Assembly: GCA_964035545.1 (NCBI GenBank)
Contig: OZ037767.1
Span: forward strand, 26,180,628 to 26,244,627
Length of the DNA: 64,000 nucleotides
Source of the DNA: Bugula neritina
Taxonomy: Eukaryota; Animalia; Bryozoa
Direction of reading: 5' to 3'
Below, one piece after another: positions 33,401 through 47,660 of the stretch. Under the pieces are notes generated by a model. The model searched no databases. It was given only the letters and a program-made list of their open reading frames with translations, and had not been told where the DNA came from. Positions within the stretch are counted from its first letter, which is position 1. Each line of letters opens with the position of its first letter. The translations under genes were made by a program, and so were the position numbers.

Positions 33401-36400
33401 CTGTTTAGTGATACAGTAAGTGGGCCACGGTGACCTAAATCATCTGTAATCAATACAACATATTATAGTATAGATAATTTGATTTGAGTTGATTTAAATT
33501 AACAAATCAAATTTGTTAGCTGTATGCTTACTAAATGGAGGTGCACACAAATAGCAATGCAGGAGTTACAACTTGATAAAATTTAACTTGAGGTTAACAC
33601 CTTACAATAATGTTTGTCAAATTATTTTAAGTTCAACTAAAGAAGCTTGTAAATATTTAGTAATAGGTTTAGTTTGTGCTGGTTTCAGTTGTGTGTATTA
33701 TAGTCCAAACTCTATACTTTATCTGTGCACACTCACACTGGGAAAAATATACAGCTTACAACAAAACTGTGTGATAACGTACAAATCTTATCAGTAGATA
33801 TTGAAACTAGAGCAAAACATAGTTGAAGCTTTGACTTTCAACAGATAAGCATTCATATTGTTATAGCCATTGAAATGCTACATAACACAACACCAAACCT
33901 CTATCTCTCATGAAATAGTTCTCCATCTTCTTAAAGTACTCCTTCACATTGTCCCAACCCCATCCTTCACAGCCCTTCTGTTCCCAACTGTCATAGTCAT
34001 CTCTATGACCTCTAGCATATATCATCCAGTTTACAGAACTACCACCTCCTAGCACCTTGCCATGCTGCGTGTAACTTCTCTGTAAAACCAGATACTTGGA
34101 ATACAGATTGATCAAACTTTCACTTATCAATTTCACAAGCTCACGATAAAATATCCAATCACTTTTTCCACATATTATGGTGGTTTGCTCTATGCAGCGC
34201 TTATACTCATATCACCATAACTGCAAGCTGGTTTCTCAACACGATGTCATGTTTGCTTTCCACACCAAAAGTATATTTTCCAATTAAATATATTTTTAAT
34301 TTTGTCATCACGATCTATAGTTGGCTACAAAATCTAAAAATAAAAATCAACACTGATCTTTATCGTGCAGTGAATTTCGTGTATCTAAAAAAAATTGAAT
34401 GTAATATTGTTTGAGAATGCAAAATGCTTCAAATAAAATGACGTATTGTAAAACTATGTATATTTAAAATGCTGGACAACTTCCAAATAAAAGATGCCTA
34501 TATATAAACCAGTTTATACTATAAATAGTTCTCATATAATATTGCACAATGCGGTAGGTCTAGCTGTGAAGTGGTTGCAGTAATAGCAGAATTCCAGTTT
34601 TCTTCAATTGATACCATAATTTACTTGCAATGAAAAATCTTGAAGACCATCAGCAAGCATAATATATGCAATAAATAAATATATAAATCACTGATTCATA
34701 GCGAAAACAGGCATTAGCTAGAATGAATATATAGTAAACAGTCTATAACCAAATGGTAGAGCCCCACTCTCAGTGAATCCACTAAAGGCACACTCTTTCA
34801 ATAGACAAAAACCAGAGACAAGAACTGTCTTATATTTATATTACTGAAGTTGACTGAGCACTGTTGCCTGAGAAGTACCTGGTCTTTGTATGCCTGGCAG
34901 TTATCTTGGGGGGCCGTCAGGTCCTGCCACATTGCATCAGGCTCAGTACAAGCTTGTGCCGCAAGAAGTGGAACCGGTATAGCAGGGTACTTTGTCTCTT
35001 CATCACCAGCCTCAATCAGAAGAACCTTGAACTTGCCACTTGCTGACAGCCGATTGGCTAATACACAGCCAGCAGACCCTGCACCTACTGCATATCCACA
35101 AAACATATAAAACTGTTAACTCATAACTCCTGCGTGTATAGCATTGCGCCAGCATAATATACAATAAACTCATACTGTAAAGTAATATTATACAAAGATA
35201 TAATATACAAAACTGTTAATAGAGAGTCCCTGAGTTTGAGGTTGGTGGAGGTGCGAGATTGAGAGCTAATAATGCACACAAGGGCCAAAAATGCTTAGCC
35301 AAAAAAAACTTAGCATAGACTGGCCACTACTGCCCCCCTCCCCCCCCCACCCGAAACTATCCGAAATTGAGAGAATTTGACAATTATACTGATTAAAAAC
35401 CCAGGCTAGTATTCTAGACTCTATATAGGGCAAAACTAAAATTTCATCAAAGGGTCATAACAAACTGCAAAAAGTACAACACATTACTTTTATCTAAGTC
35501 TAGGGTCATAAGCTGCGTACATAGTGTCTATCATATTTCATATTGTATGACACCTAATGATTTATGTACTGTGTCATTAGTCAGTTCACAAGCTATTGAA
35601 ATTTTTGGCATGCAGCTGGTTCAGTAATGTTTAAAAAGCTACTAAAGTATCCAACAGGTTCAGTATATAAGAAATATAGCAGTGCAATAAATCAAACCTG
35701 CACACATAATATTATATTTAAAATTATTGCAATCTGTATTTATATTACAATGTATGCAGATTATACCACGGTAGGTCCTATAACCTATCGAAAAGGTGTG
35801 GAAGTATGGACATTTGTACCACTACAGAAGTGTAATATAAGGGATGCAGTATAATCCTATGTGGACATGCTATATAAGTACAATGTACAGTATAATCATA
35901 CTATAAACCTATATAATATACATTAGAGTCATACTATAAACCTGTATAATATACAGTATAATCATACTATAAACCTATATAATATACATTAGAGTCATAC
36001 TATAAACCTATATAATATAGAGTATAATCATACTATAAACCTATATAATATAGAGTATAATCATACTATAAACCTAAATAATATACTGTATAACCATACT
36101 ATAAACCAATACGATATACAGTATCTACTCATACTATAAACCTATATAATATAGAGTATAATCATACTATAAACCTAAATAATATACAGTATAATCATAC
36201 TATAAACCTATATAATACACAGTATACTCATACTATAAACCCACATAATATACGGTATAATCATACTATAAACCAATATAATATACAATATAATCATACA
36301 TTAAAGTAATCCTGTAACTCACCAATAACAAAATCATAATGGCTGTCACATTGCGTCACGACTCCACTTCTGGAATACTTTAAGAGCTGTCTGATGCCGA

Positions 36401-36488
36401 CAGCTAGTGAGACTGTAGCTATTACACCAGGTACTAGCTTCTTTCTGTCAGTCAGAATATCAGTAACTAATGACTTCAACTCTTCCAT
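28906..36488 (-). CDS. GMC oxidoreductase (glucose/choline dehydrogenase-like), ~11 exons
   Basis: YDFVI|[95 protein letters not shown]...[14 protein letters not shown]. Confidence 0.93.
30373..30448. repeat. (GT)n/(GTGCGT)n microsatellite
   Basis: Direct inspection. Confidence 0.9.
31715..31785 (-). mobile_element. Degenerate relative of the tRNA-containing LTR, in a GMC intron
   Basis: Reverse strand reads GTGTAGTGATTAGCATGCTAGCTTGCAAG...CAGTGGGAGTAATTCGTTTACA. Confidence 0.4.
35880..36298. repeat. ~33-bp minisatellite in GMC intron 1
   Basis: Repeated TATAATCATACTATAAACCTATATAATATACAG variants, about 12 copies. Confidence 0.9.
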
Positions 36489-36495
36489 CTTGTAG

Positions 36496-36816
<321 letters not shown>

Positions 36817-36822
36817 TGATTA

Positions 36823-39818
36823 TTATACCTCTCCAGTTGATATCATTCTCATAAAGCTGTTTGCAGAAGCTAAAACTCCTTTTATCTTGTTTTCACCATT
36901 TCCCTCTAAATGATGGCAAACACCTACAATGTTGAAAGACATCTCTTATCCTGTGGGTAGATAACACTTCTCTTTACTGATAAAATTACTTAGAGATAGG
37001 TTTAATTACTTGCTGTGTTTTGAAACAAAAGAAATAATCTATGAAACTCTCTTATGTAATGGTGCTTATCTGTTACTTGTTGATTGAAAATCAATTGTTT
37101 TCACTCTAACAATCTTGGAGAAGTGAAACATATAGCACCATAATACTTGTGCTAATAACTAGTTTCATATTTATATGGTTGCAGTCCTGTTCCTCTATTC
37201 ATGGTATTAAATTCAGGTTTCATTATGAAAAACTCATGCTAAAACTATATATTTACAATGTTAGCGTTTTAATGCCAACTATAAGATTTTTAATACCATA
37301 AATTACATTATACTCTAGGTTTGAAAAAAATTTAAATTAGTAGCTATTTTAGTCCTTCATTGCTTTATCACAATAATTAAGCCTCACTTCAAGCACACAA
37401 TTGTTTACGATAGATAATCCATAGAACAGCTCTTATTCCTAATTGCTTAGACTAAAATAAACTCTGCCACAAAGCTCCAATTTCCTGAGTAAAAAACAGA
37501 TAAAAGGATTTCGTGATGAATGGCTATCAGAAATACTATATCAATAATAAATCAAATTCTTATTTTGAAATAAATTACTTTTCAGACGTCATAAACCGGT
37601 AAGAATTTCTTTTTGTTGGTATGTGCTACATATAATTATAAAGGCAAGTCCATAGAGTGTGTTTAGTAAATGAATACTTGGTGAAAACTTATTTTGCTTA
37701 TGAAAATATTAATTTACAAGTTCATAGAAATATCCATACACCATGCAAATATAAAGCATACATGTATAGCGGCTACACTGTATCACAAAGCTAACTTTAG
37801 TGTCTGCTAACAATATCTGTTAAGAATTTACAAGGAGCATGTCATTTTTAGCAGCCCTATACTTTATATATTACAAATTATTTTCTAAATTTTGCTTTTT
37901 AATATGAATGATTCTTTAAAACTAGGATGGATATTGTAAATTTGTTAATGATTAAATCTATAGCAAAGTAAGTTTAAGCTGTTAATTGATTTAGCATAAC
38001 TTAATTACAATAAGTCTATATATGATAATTGACGATATGAAAAAGTCTGTCAATAAATTTATTATGCTAAAGCTAAAGCTATAGCAAATGGATGCTGTAT
38101 AGACCTTTTTAGTTATTGATTTTTAGATTATGCATATTTATATAAAATTTTTGTTATAATATCTAATATATTATAATATGTATATATAAATATATTATAG
38201 GTGAGTATGATTTTATTTAAATATCTTAAGGATAATGTTGATTTTTATTTTGAATTGTAATATCTTTTCAACACAAACGAAGTAGAATATTTTTACACCG
38301 ATATATTGATGCATTAGGTATAGGTTAGCAATAATAATGTTGCTACACTTTGCGCACACATACACACAATATAACGTACTACTAGCTGTATACAATATTA
38401 CCGCAGTATGTGCTATATTTTTAAACTGGCAATTGATATAATTTAGTGCCAGTTCACTTTTTAGTTTCTAAATAGAAAAAAAAATTGTAATAAAAGATTT
38501 CAAATAGCTAGAACAGTAGATACTCTTAAAACTATATTGCCAGTTTTTGCTGACTCCTAATTTATCATGACTGTAATTTGTACCCTCTTCGCTTTTTTTT
38601 AGTATACTAGTAGACAAAGCCTATAATAGTTGATGATATAATATTATATAATTATCCACTTGAACAGTTTCCATGATTGTGCAAATTATAGCTTCATAGC
38701 GATGGGGCCTACTTTCTTAATTTTTTTTGTACCGGGCCTCTTTATGAGGTAGATTATACGTGCTCAACTAATATTAGAATATGAGTATGCTATAGAGAAG
38801 CTAAATAATTGTATCATTAATTAGATGAATTATTTAGTGTTTATATCCCATAAATAACTGTATGAGCTATATTTGGCGTCTTACACTATTGACTGGACAC
38901 TAGAAACCCTTCATGAGCTGCTGGCCTCTATACTAACTTTGCTGCCTCTCTTAGAAAAACTTACCATCTTGTGTGTAGAACGCTGCCTGACATGCATTCT
39001 TTGAGTTGATACAGTTCACCGCACACTCTAGCTTACTTCTAGCGTCAACTATCCTGTCCACCTCTGCACTCTGTTCAGATAAATCGACATTCTTCTCAAC
39101 TGGAATTTTGCTGGTTGTACAGCTCCCCAAGTCTAAAAGAGCAATTTTTTCTTTTGCAGATTGTACAGAGAACCAAGAGATAAAACTTGAAGACTGGATT
39201 GCTTTTGTCTGATATAATCATTATAACGACATATCATTTTGGTCTACAGATACCATGATCATTTCAATAATAGTAAAATTTTAAATACAATAAAAATGTA
39301 TTTTGAAAGAAGTTTATAAGCATCTTCTATTACTAATTATAGGTATTACCACAGCCATATTGATTAATGCGAAACTATATTGTATACGTGTATTTAAGAT
39401 GGTTGTAATATGTTGTTAAAATATACACAGATTTTAACACTCAACCATTTGTTGTATTTTTTAGCTGCCTACAAAATATAAAGTTATGTATAATATGTTT
39501 ATCAAGTATGTTTTTTATCTAGGCACGCACTTGGTTAAAGATATAGTTTATAAACATAGTTTCTATGTGGGTTTCCTCATTAGTATCTAGCCTTTTTTAT
39601 AGCATAGACTACTCATACAATGGTTCATAGTCAATAAAGCTACTTAACCTACAAAAATTATACTGCTGAACTATTTTATATAACAAAGTAAGGGTGGCTA
39701 ATAGTTTCACCCTAAATTTCAAGCCTGAGGTCACCCTACCTAAGGCTGATTCAGTTGATCCGTTGAGAGTGAGCAGTAGGATGCTGTAAACAAACCCTTC
39801 AACTCCTTTCAGCTTCAT
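36823..39818 (-). CDS. Small secreted PAN/apple-like domain protein, 3 exons (39818-39740, 39132-38965, 36923-36823)
   Basis: Signal-peptide-like exon MKLKGVEGFVYSILLLTLNGSTESAL; phase-1 joins give ...ARSKLECAVNCINSKNACQAAFYTQDGVCHHL..., the C-x3-C-x6-C-x10-C spacing of PAN modules. Confidence 0.6.
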
Positions 39819-40548
39819 TTTCACAAGTAAAGTTGTTTCACCAGATGACTGATGTCATCTCATATTTAATTTTTAATCAATAGTTTAATGCTGACATTTA
39901 CGTCTACTCAAAGAACACAAGTCAAGTTTTCTTATAGAATATTGATTTTAAAGAATGTAAACAATAAAAGGTTAAACACATAATATGTCTACAAGGTTTG
40001 TAATATTACATACAGGTTGGTTAGATACTAAAAGGCACTTACAAATATTTTTTGTATAGCATGATTGGTGATGCAGGGTCTATTACTCCTATAAAGTAAA
40101 ACGTACTATTATAATTATGATTACTAATTATTGCATTTGTATATAATATGTAAAATATATGTATAGTAAAAGCATAGAAAAATAGTTATTAAATTGAGTA
40201 AAAATATTACAAACTATTCTTTGTGTTGTTAATATTATTATGCAACATAGCATTATTTCCAAAGCATTATTTTAAAATGGTATAGTTGTTGAAAAGAATA
40301 TTTTGTGATGATATTATTATACATAGTTTAGACTTTAGTAGTTCATAGAATAATTTATAGAAGCACCTATAACATATTGAGTATATAAGTTTCATTTGTA
40401 GAATGACACACTTTTAGATAATAGATATTTCTGTTGATTTTTAGCATTAACACAGTTACAATATTATTTTAGACATGCACATTAAGCTCAAAGATTAAGT
40501 TCTAAATTCCCAGTTTCCAAGTTGACTCAAAATAGTTTAGTAAAGCTG

Positions 40549-43500
40549 CTATTGCTTTTTGATGATGTCATCACACAGTTGTTGGATGAGATCTCTAACT
40601 TGATGACTCCCTCCATTACGGGCTCCTAGGCTGGCCACCATCACTCCTGATACTCCAAGTCCATAGTCTACAGCACTGTACTTAGTCATATCCTGTTTCC
40701 CAGCTTTGCTGTAAAGATTTATTTTATACAATACATGTATATTGAGCTAAAATTGTTATAACTTTTATCAGATGCATATCAAAATAATATAGACTTATAA
40801 CAATATGCGCTAGTGCACTTGTCAGTTAATAATTTATATACAAATATACTAAATATTAAACAGAAAATAGCTAAAGGTTTGACCGAATTTTTATGACTAT
40901 TTTTGGAATGTTATGTAATACTATTAGTATGCAGTGTTGTAGTAACCATTATTTAGTGTTATATAGTTAATCTTACCTCTTGATGAAGTACAGGCGATAA
41001 GACTTGAAGAAACACATCAGGGAAATAACCAGAGTACAAACAGCATTAACAAAAATAGCAATAGTTACTCCATACACCCAGATTAGTACTGATTTTAAAA
41101 GAGGATCAGCAATGAAGTACAGAGTGTCATCTGATATTATAGACTCCTGGGTTATCAGACACTGAACAGTGTAATGGTGGAGGTTTTGACCGAGTTTTCT
41201 TACCTAAAATAGATCATGTACATTATAGAAAGTAAAACACCGACACCCAGGCATGCAAAAATACAATCAAACACAATATTATAGTTACTCCCCTTTGCAT
41301 TAGACTCACAACTGATAAGCTCTATCATTGGAAAAAACAATAAAACCGTCTAATTTTTTTTCGTTGCGCAAATTATTTTAAATGTGATGTGTCATAGTCA
41401 CATCGGAATTTAAGCAACTTTTCTGCCTTTAAAAAAAGTTAAAACTTTCAGAAATACATACTGAAAAGTCACACAACACAGAAACTGATGCGCTGGTATC
41501 TTCTACTTGGCTTATACTTTGTATAGAGGTGGTGGCAGAGCTGGTGTTCATCTGAGAAACTGCTTGAACATTGAGTACTTTCAGTATGAGAATCACACAG
41601 ACAATTACAGAGCCTAGCTTGGTGATGATTAACCTGAAAATAATGTCACATTGTGCTGCGTCTAACATTTCTATTTACAAAATTTATGTAAACTAAAAGC
41701 CTAAATAAACTTGCTGTAATATATAATTTGCTGTGCTTATTTCTCACCCAACATGCAGAAGAGATCAACCTTCTAGCCTAATGTCACCAAACAAACTTAT
41801 ATATAAGTAGCTCTCAAATATATTATACTAGGTAATTGGTGTTTATTGACGTTACTAATAATATTTGGGAATGGACCGCAATATCAAAAACGAGGTGAAT
41901 ACAAGCACGCATAAGCTACTATTTATAGATTGCACATGTCATAATTCATGAAATATTTCAGAAAACTCTAGAATTTACTTTTTTGCAATCGCCTTTGGGG
42001 TAAATCCTGAGCTTACCACAAAATGAGGCTGAGATGTTTCCATACACTGTTTCCATTATTCACTATAAACTCTGAGCCATCTATATTTCCAGCCATTGCT
42101 CTCCACAAAAATAAAGGTGCTAAACTTAAAACTCCCAGCAGAATCAAAGTAGTGAATGGAGGTGTTGTCTTCGTAGGAAATAAAGATTTTAGACTAATCT
42201 AAAAGTAAGTATTGAATATAAGTATAAGATATGCGTGTGTAATAAGCTGAAATTAATTAATTATCATTATGGGCTATCTTCGAAGGTTTTAAATGACTAA
42301 TAATTCTTTCTAATGAGAGAGTGAAATCTTATAAGTTACAGGCAAAAGTAAATAATAAAAATTATTTTTATCAAGTAGCATATGTGATGTTGAAATATAA
42401 AAGGCAATGTTGAAGAAATACTGTATTTATCATACAATTCAGACACCCATGAGTAGCATTTTAAGTAAGGCTACAGATATATTTCTATTACTAAAACATA
42501 CTCAAAATAAAACTATTTGAAAAATTAATCTAAAAGCGTAACTGGTTGTTTGATTTTTCAAAATCTTTAAAAGAATCTCTGCTTTTATTGATAAAAGTAA
42601 AGGACTAAGTTACTTTCTGCATTAAATTAATGATCAAATTCAAAAAATTTAGCTAGAGCAACATTTGAATATAATTATACACATTGTATATTTGATATAA
42701 CAAAATAATTTACTGGCTTCGGAGTTGTGTCGACATCCGGTATGAAGTAATCACTGAAGTTGTATTCATATAGCTTGGCCTGATCACTCAAACAGATCTG
42801 GTGCCCATAATCTATCCAGTCACTTGAAAACTCAGCAGGGAACCAGCAACTTATGTTTTCTTTTGAAACGGCAGCACCTTGTGAAGGAGATGCAAAGACC
42901 AGCAGAAAGGCAGATGTAATCAGAATAATAGGAGTTACCAGGTAGAGAAGGAACTCTATGTAATTGAAGTCCCACCATAAATGCCCAACTCTGTGAGAGA
43001 AAGAGGGAAGTGTTTGGAATAACAGTTGTATAATTTATATATAAATTGACAAGGATTCCTATGCTAAACTTCATCATCTTCAGAGGTAATCAATTAAAAA
43101 GTTCAAGGTCAAAGGTTATAGATATATGATTAGGTCAAGTAACTTGAATGCAATCTATCTGACCCCTAGAGTAGTTCAAACTGCATCATGTTTGCTTATT
43201 TCAAACTTGTGAAACATGAAAAATAGCTTAAATTATCTGCTAGCTAGGCTTTGGATATTACTTACAAGTGTATATACTACACTAGTGCTGCTAAGTCAGC
43301 ATGTATTTCTACTAAGCATAACCAGATGTTTACTCCAGTTGAATTCTACTTCAGAGCATAGAATAAAATAAGTTGATAACTAACTTTATAAGCCCATCAT
43401 TACTTTAATAACTAGACTCTTAGCCTTTTAAAGACAAATAAAAAAGCGTGTTCTGCAAACATGTTCTTAGACTGTGTTACATCGACGTGTGGTTCATAAA

Positions 43501-44377
43501 AGCCTATTGTTGTATTCTTGAGTAGAAAGGATAATTTATGTAGATATCATACAATGTCGTATATTTGAATTCCAGAAAAATACAATTAGCTCAGAGAAAA
43601 TTCACTGTTTATATACAAAATATTATACATAGCTTTTTAGTGATAGCCGATCATAATACAAAGTTATAATAGATGCTTCATGGCTATATGGCTACATGCT
43701 ATATGGCTACATGCTATATGGCTACATGCTATATGGCTACATGCTATATGGCTGTTATTTATTGTCATAGTCAGGGCTGTAGCAGCATCCGTTGCATATG
43801 TAACACCTATAGAGAATTTTAGTAGCTTTCAAGCAAAGGAAACAAAGCATCAAAGTAAATATAAGGAAAAACATAGAGCTATTGGTTGTGATGTTTAGTA
43901 AACATTGATTACATTCATATTCCAAATAAAAGTTTAAAGTTGACATTTCCAAAGATTCAGTTTTAAGTATAATAACTCATACTGCACCTAGCACTGTGTT
44001 CACCAATCAACTAGTCTGTAATACTGCTAAGCTGCTGCATTCAGTTTAACTTGCTAACCAATAAGTGTGGTATGCAAGTTTTAAAGCTACTATAGTCCAG
44101 CATTCTGTTTTTAAGAATGCTAAACTTGCACGTGTTTATGTTGCATAGCCAAAGTTGGAGAACATATTCCGTGCTGACTATAATACATGCTACTATAGTG
44201 ACGTTAGTTACTGTTTGATACTTAAATTATTTGCTGTTATACAGGTTACTGTTACTCACACAGTTACACTTACACTTACAGCCTACAGGTATGTGGTCTG
44301 AGTAACTTTACTTACTGTCTGTGACAATCAGTTGATGTCTGATGGTACTGCTCCTCATTTACATATTTTTCTGCCAT
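40549..44377 (-). CDS. Divergent innexin/pannexin-like 4-TM protein, paralog A (6 exons)
   Basis: TM1 FLLYLVTPIILI, EL1 ISCWFPAEFSSDWIDYGHQIC, TM2 followed by LWR, EL2 VLCDFS...LGQNLHHYTVQC, TM4, innexin-like tail GVMVASLGARNGG. Confidence 0.75.
43679..43753. repeat. 15-bp tandem repeat (ATATGGCTACATGCT)
   Basis: About 5 copies. Confidence 0.9.
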
Positions 44378-44892
44378 TTCCCAACTATTAGTAAAGTATA
44401 GGTGAACTACTTATACACCCTCTATAGTGTGCACTATAGCTCAAGTACAGGTTGTGTATGCTTCTAGCTCACTGCTAGTTACTAGCTATTAGGCTACAAC
44501 CCACAATGCTTTACACTTTCACAGCTATGTCAGCTGGTGTTGCCTAGCTTAGCCTTTGCTCTTTAGCTAGGATATTTAGTATGTAAGGTCTTTTGTTATG
44601 ATGTTTATTGCATCAGAAGGAAATAAATGATGATTTCAGCTTTTGCAATCTTGTTACTGATAATGGTTGTCAATTGAACAAACAATGCCCTAGTTTATGC
44701 CTGTACAGTGTACAGTTTGTATGCAGGTACACTACTTGAACATCATATAGAATTTTAAACTTACTGCATATAAGTGTGCAGTAGCCTACATTGTCGGCAT
44801 AATACTTCATTATACGGTTCATATCATATGATATATACATGTATATAATATATTATGATATGTGACAAATAATAGACCATAATTATATAGGG

Positions 44893-45105
44893 AGCAGCCG
44901 TGGTCTATAGGGGTTAGAGCGTTTGCCTATAGTAAACAGGAAGTCATGTGTTCAAACCTGGACAAAGGACATTGGTGATGTTAGGAAGAGCATCCAGTCA
45001 TAATTGCTCCTGTGCCTCATCTAAATAATAACTCCTTAGCCTGCTTCAACAAAAAACCCTTTCCATCAGGGGTTTCTCACAGGGATGGCGACTATAAACT
45101 TGCAT
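44893..45105 (+). mobile_element. tRNA-derived SINE-like copy
   Basis: tRNA-like head (GCCGTGGTCTATAGGGGTTAGAGCG...GTTCAAACC) followed by a GGTGATGTTAGGAAGAGCATCCAG body of the kind seen in invertebrate SINEs. Confidence 0.5.
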
Positions 45106-47660
45106 GAGTGAGATAATATACCATATATGATAGTTGATATTAACAATAAAAATAATGATTATTAGGTGTAAAGTTTCAGCCTTTAAAAATAGCCCTAGTT
45201 TCAGTGGATAATTGCAGCATGGGGAGTTTTCTGCTTGGGAAATAAAATACTTACACTTTATAGATCCAAATTATGAGTTATAAACCCCAAGCTAAGCAAA
45301 AATGTACATATATGTACCTAAGTGGAACACTACACACTACAATATTGTCTTACTACAAGCATTATATATCACACATGTGTATGTATATAATTATGTAGTA
45401 ATAACATACTATATTATGGCCATGATACCATGACAGAAAGTTGCAATTGCTTGAACCTAATATTTATACAATTTTATAGCATCTGTCTGCAAGTTGAAGG
45501 ATCTCTTCTTGTATCAGACAAGAAGGTGGTAGTTGACTTCACAACTCATTACTTCTGACAGAAAGTTTTTTGCTTGTGTTAGACAGCAGCTTTTTAAATT
45601 ACATCAAATACCTACTATTACAGGTATGTGTGGAGTAAGAGGACATTAAATATAAAAACATCTAGTATAGTACCCAGAGTTAGCATACCTTTCAGTTATG
45701 TAGCAATTCCAAATTGATTCACAGTATTAAATTTGTACGAGTAAGGAGGTGACCTGTAGAAAGTCATGGTAAATAATTTACAACTGACCTTAAACATGAA
45801 ACAAATCTATTTAACTAATTGTTATAATGGTATGCGTGATGGTGTGTGACAAGATGGTGCTGACTTGTAATGTATTACATGTTGATTTATTTGGTACAAC
45901 TACTATGAATATAAAATGATAATAACACTTTGGAATCTAGCAACTAACTAACTTTTTAGCAATACCTACACAAGCATTATATATAGATGCTGACTATGAC
46001 GATAATAAGGAAATGCATGATTCACATGGAAGTCATATATATCTACTAATTATAGCTACTAAGATGAGAACTCTGGGTGACATTATAACACTAATCAGAG
46101 AAATTATTCTATCTCCCAAACTTAAGAGAGCAGCGTATAGAAGGTCCGTGGTGTATGATGTGTATATTTACTTAAATATTACTAGCTGTCTCCTTAGAAT
46201 AATACTTGTAACACAGTACACTGTTGGGTTATGTTAAAACTTCAATCACCAAAAAACGTTTTCGAAATTTAATCAATGTTGGAAAACATTGCACAATTTA
46301 GTTGAAATCCTATGACAAACAGATTAAAATAACATGAAACATACAGTCCTCTCTGAAGTCTATAGCATCATTTAAAAATAACTACTGCGTACATTTTCTA
46401 ACTTTGCGTATCACGGCTTATTGAAAGAGCCTGAGAACTATATAGATGTTTGCTCTAATTACGGTGGGATATCACCCAGTCTACGAATTGTGCCTTAATT
46501 GTTGTTGGATAACCTTTTTCTCCACTCTTAAAAGATAGATATGTATTCATTTTCGTTATTTTGCAAACACCTATAATACAAGTGTCTACTTATTAAATAC
46601 TGACTAACTTTAACTTATCAAATGAAATGTGCCGATACATAAAGAATAAGGCAAGGATTATCTTTAGGCTATAGTTTTTCAGTAAAGTTCATTCCGCCAT
46701 GTAAGCCCCTCATATTGGTGTACAAGCTTGAATGTGTTTGTCAATAATCTTTTGTGGGATTTGATGAAAAGAATACTAAAACATTTATGACCAACAGAAT
46801 TTGTTGTGAAATATTATGGGAGACAGAGCCTTGGCTAAAGACAAGCACAACTGGTAGATGCAGTAACAGAAATATTAAAAAAAGCTTATGTTTTATATGA
46901 AAATTACAGCGAACTGCATTTCATTGTTGCTACATTTGCAGCCTGTGCCCTAAATCAAAGTTCATGAGTAATTAAAACACTTAGGCTAATGAAATTTCTC
47001 CTGCATTAACTGCACTTAAATGAAATCTTTCATAAGTCAGTTTGAATTTCCGCTAGGCCAAAGGTCTACAAGGTATTGATGATGTGCTTATATAATAGTT
47101 GCCGTTTATGCTCTGTTTGTATGTGTGACCTAACAAAGCAAATGTGCTGGTAGTATGACTACATATTAGGCAAATTCTCAGCAGAGTTGAGTAATTTTCA
47201 AGGATTTATGAAGGTAGAGGTTGGAGTTGGTATTCAAGTAAAGAGAAGCAAAATAGATGATTTATTTGTCGAGAAGTTGGGACAAAATAACAGCATCACA
47301 AAACTGTAAACTGCTACATTTTTATTGGGTATGTTACTTCTATACTTTTTATGCAATGGATTATAATTACATAATATATTACGTAAAAGCACATAAGCAA
47401 AACATTGTATCTAGATTTAGTTGAAAGCAAACACTAAAATGATAATTCAGCATAAAACAAAATACAACTATATTTAAAAAAATATATTTCAGTATTTAAA
47501 AAATATGAAATTATTGTACAGAATAATATCACCAAGTATACAACTATCCAAATTCAAAATTAATGGCTATTCATTTTGTTAAATAGTTGGTAGTCAGCAG
47601 TGCTTAGATAACGCAATGATGTTTGTAAAATTCATGACATCACTACTCTAAAAAATGCTA

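Noticed and set aside
43680-43898. HAIWL-repeat protein
   Set aside because: Produced by a 15-bp tandem repeat inside an intron of the innexin-like gene.
46400-47300. Possible decayed coding sequence between the innexin-like genes
   Set aside because: No sustained reading frame or recognisable motif.
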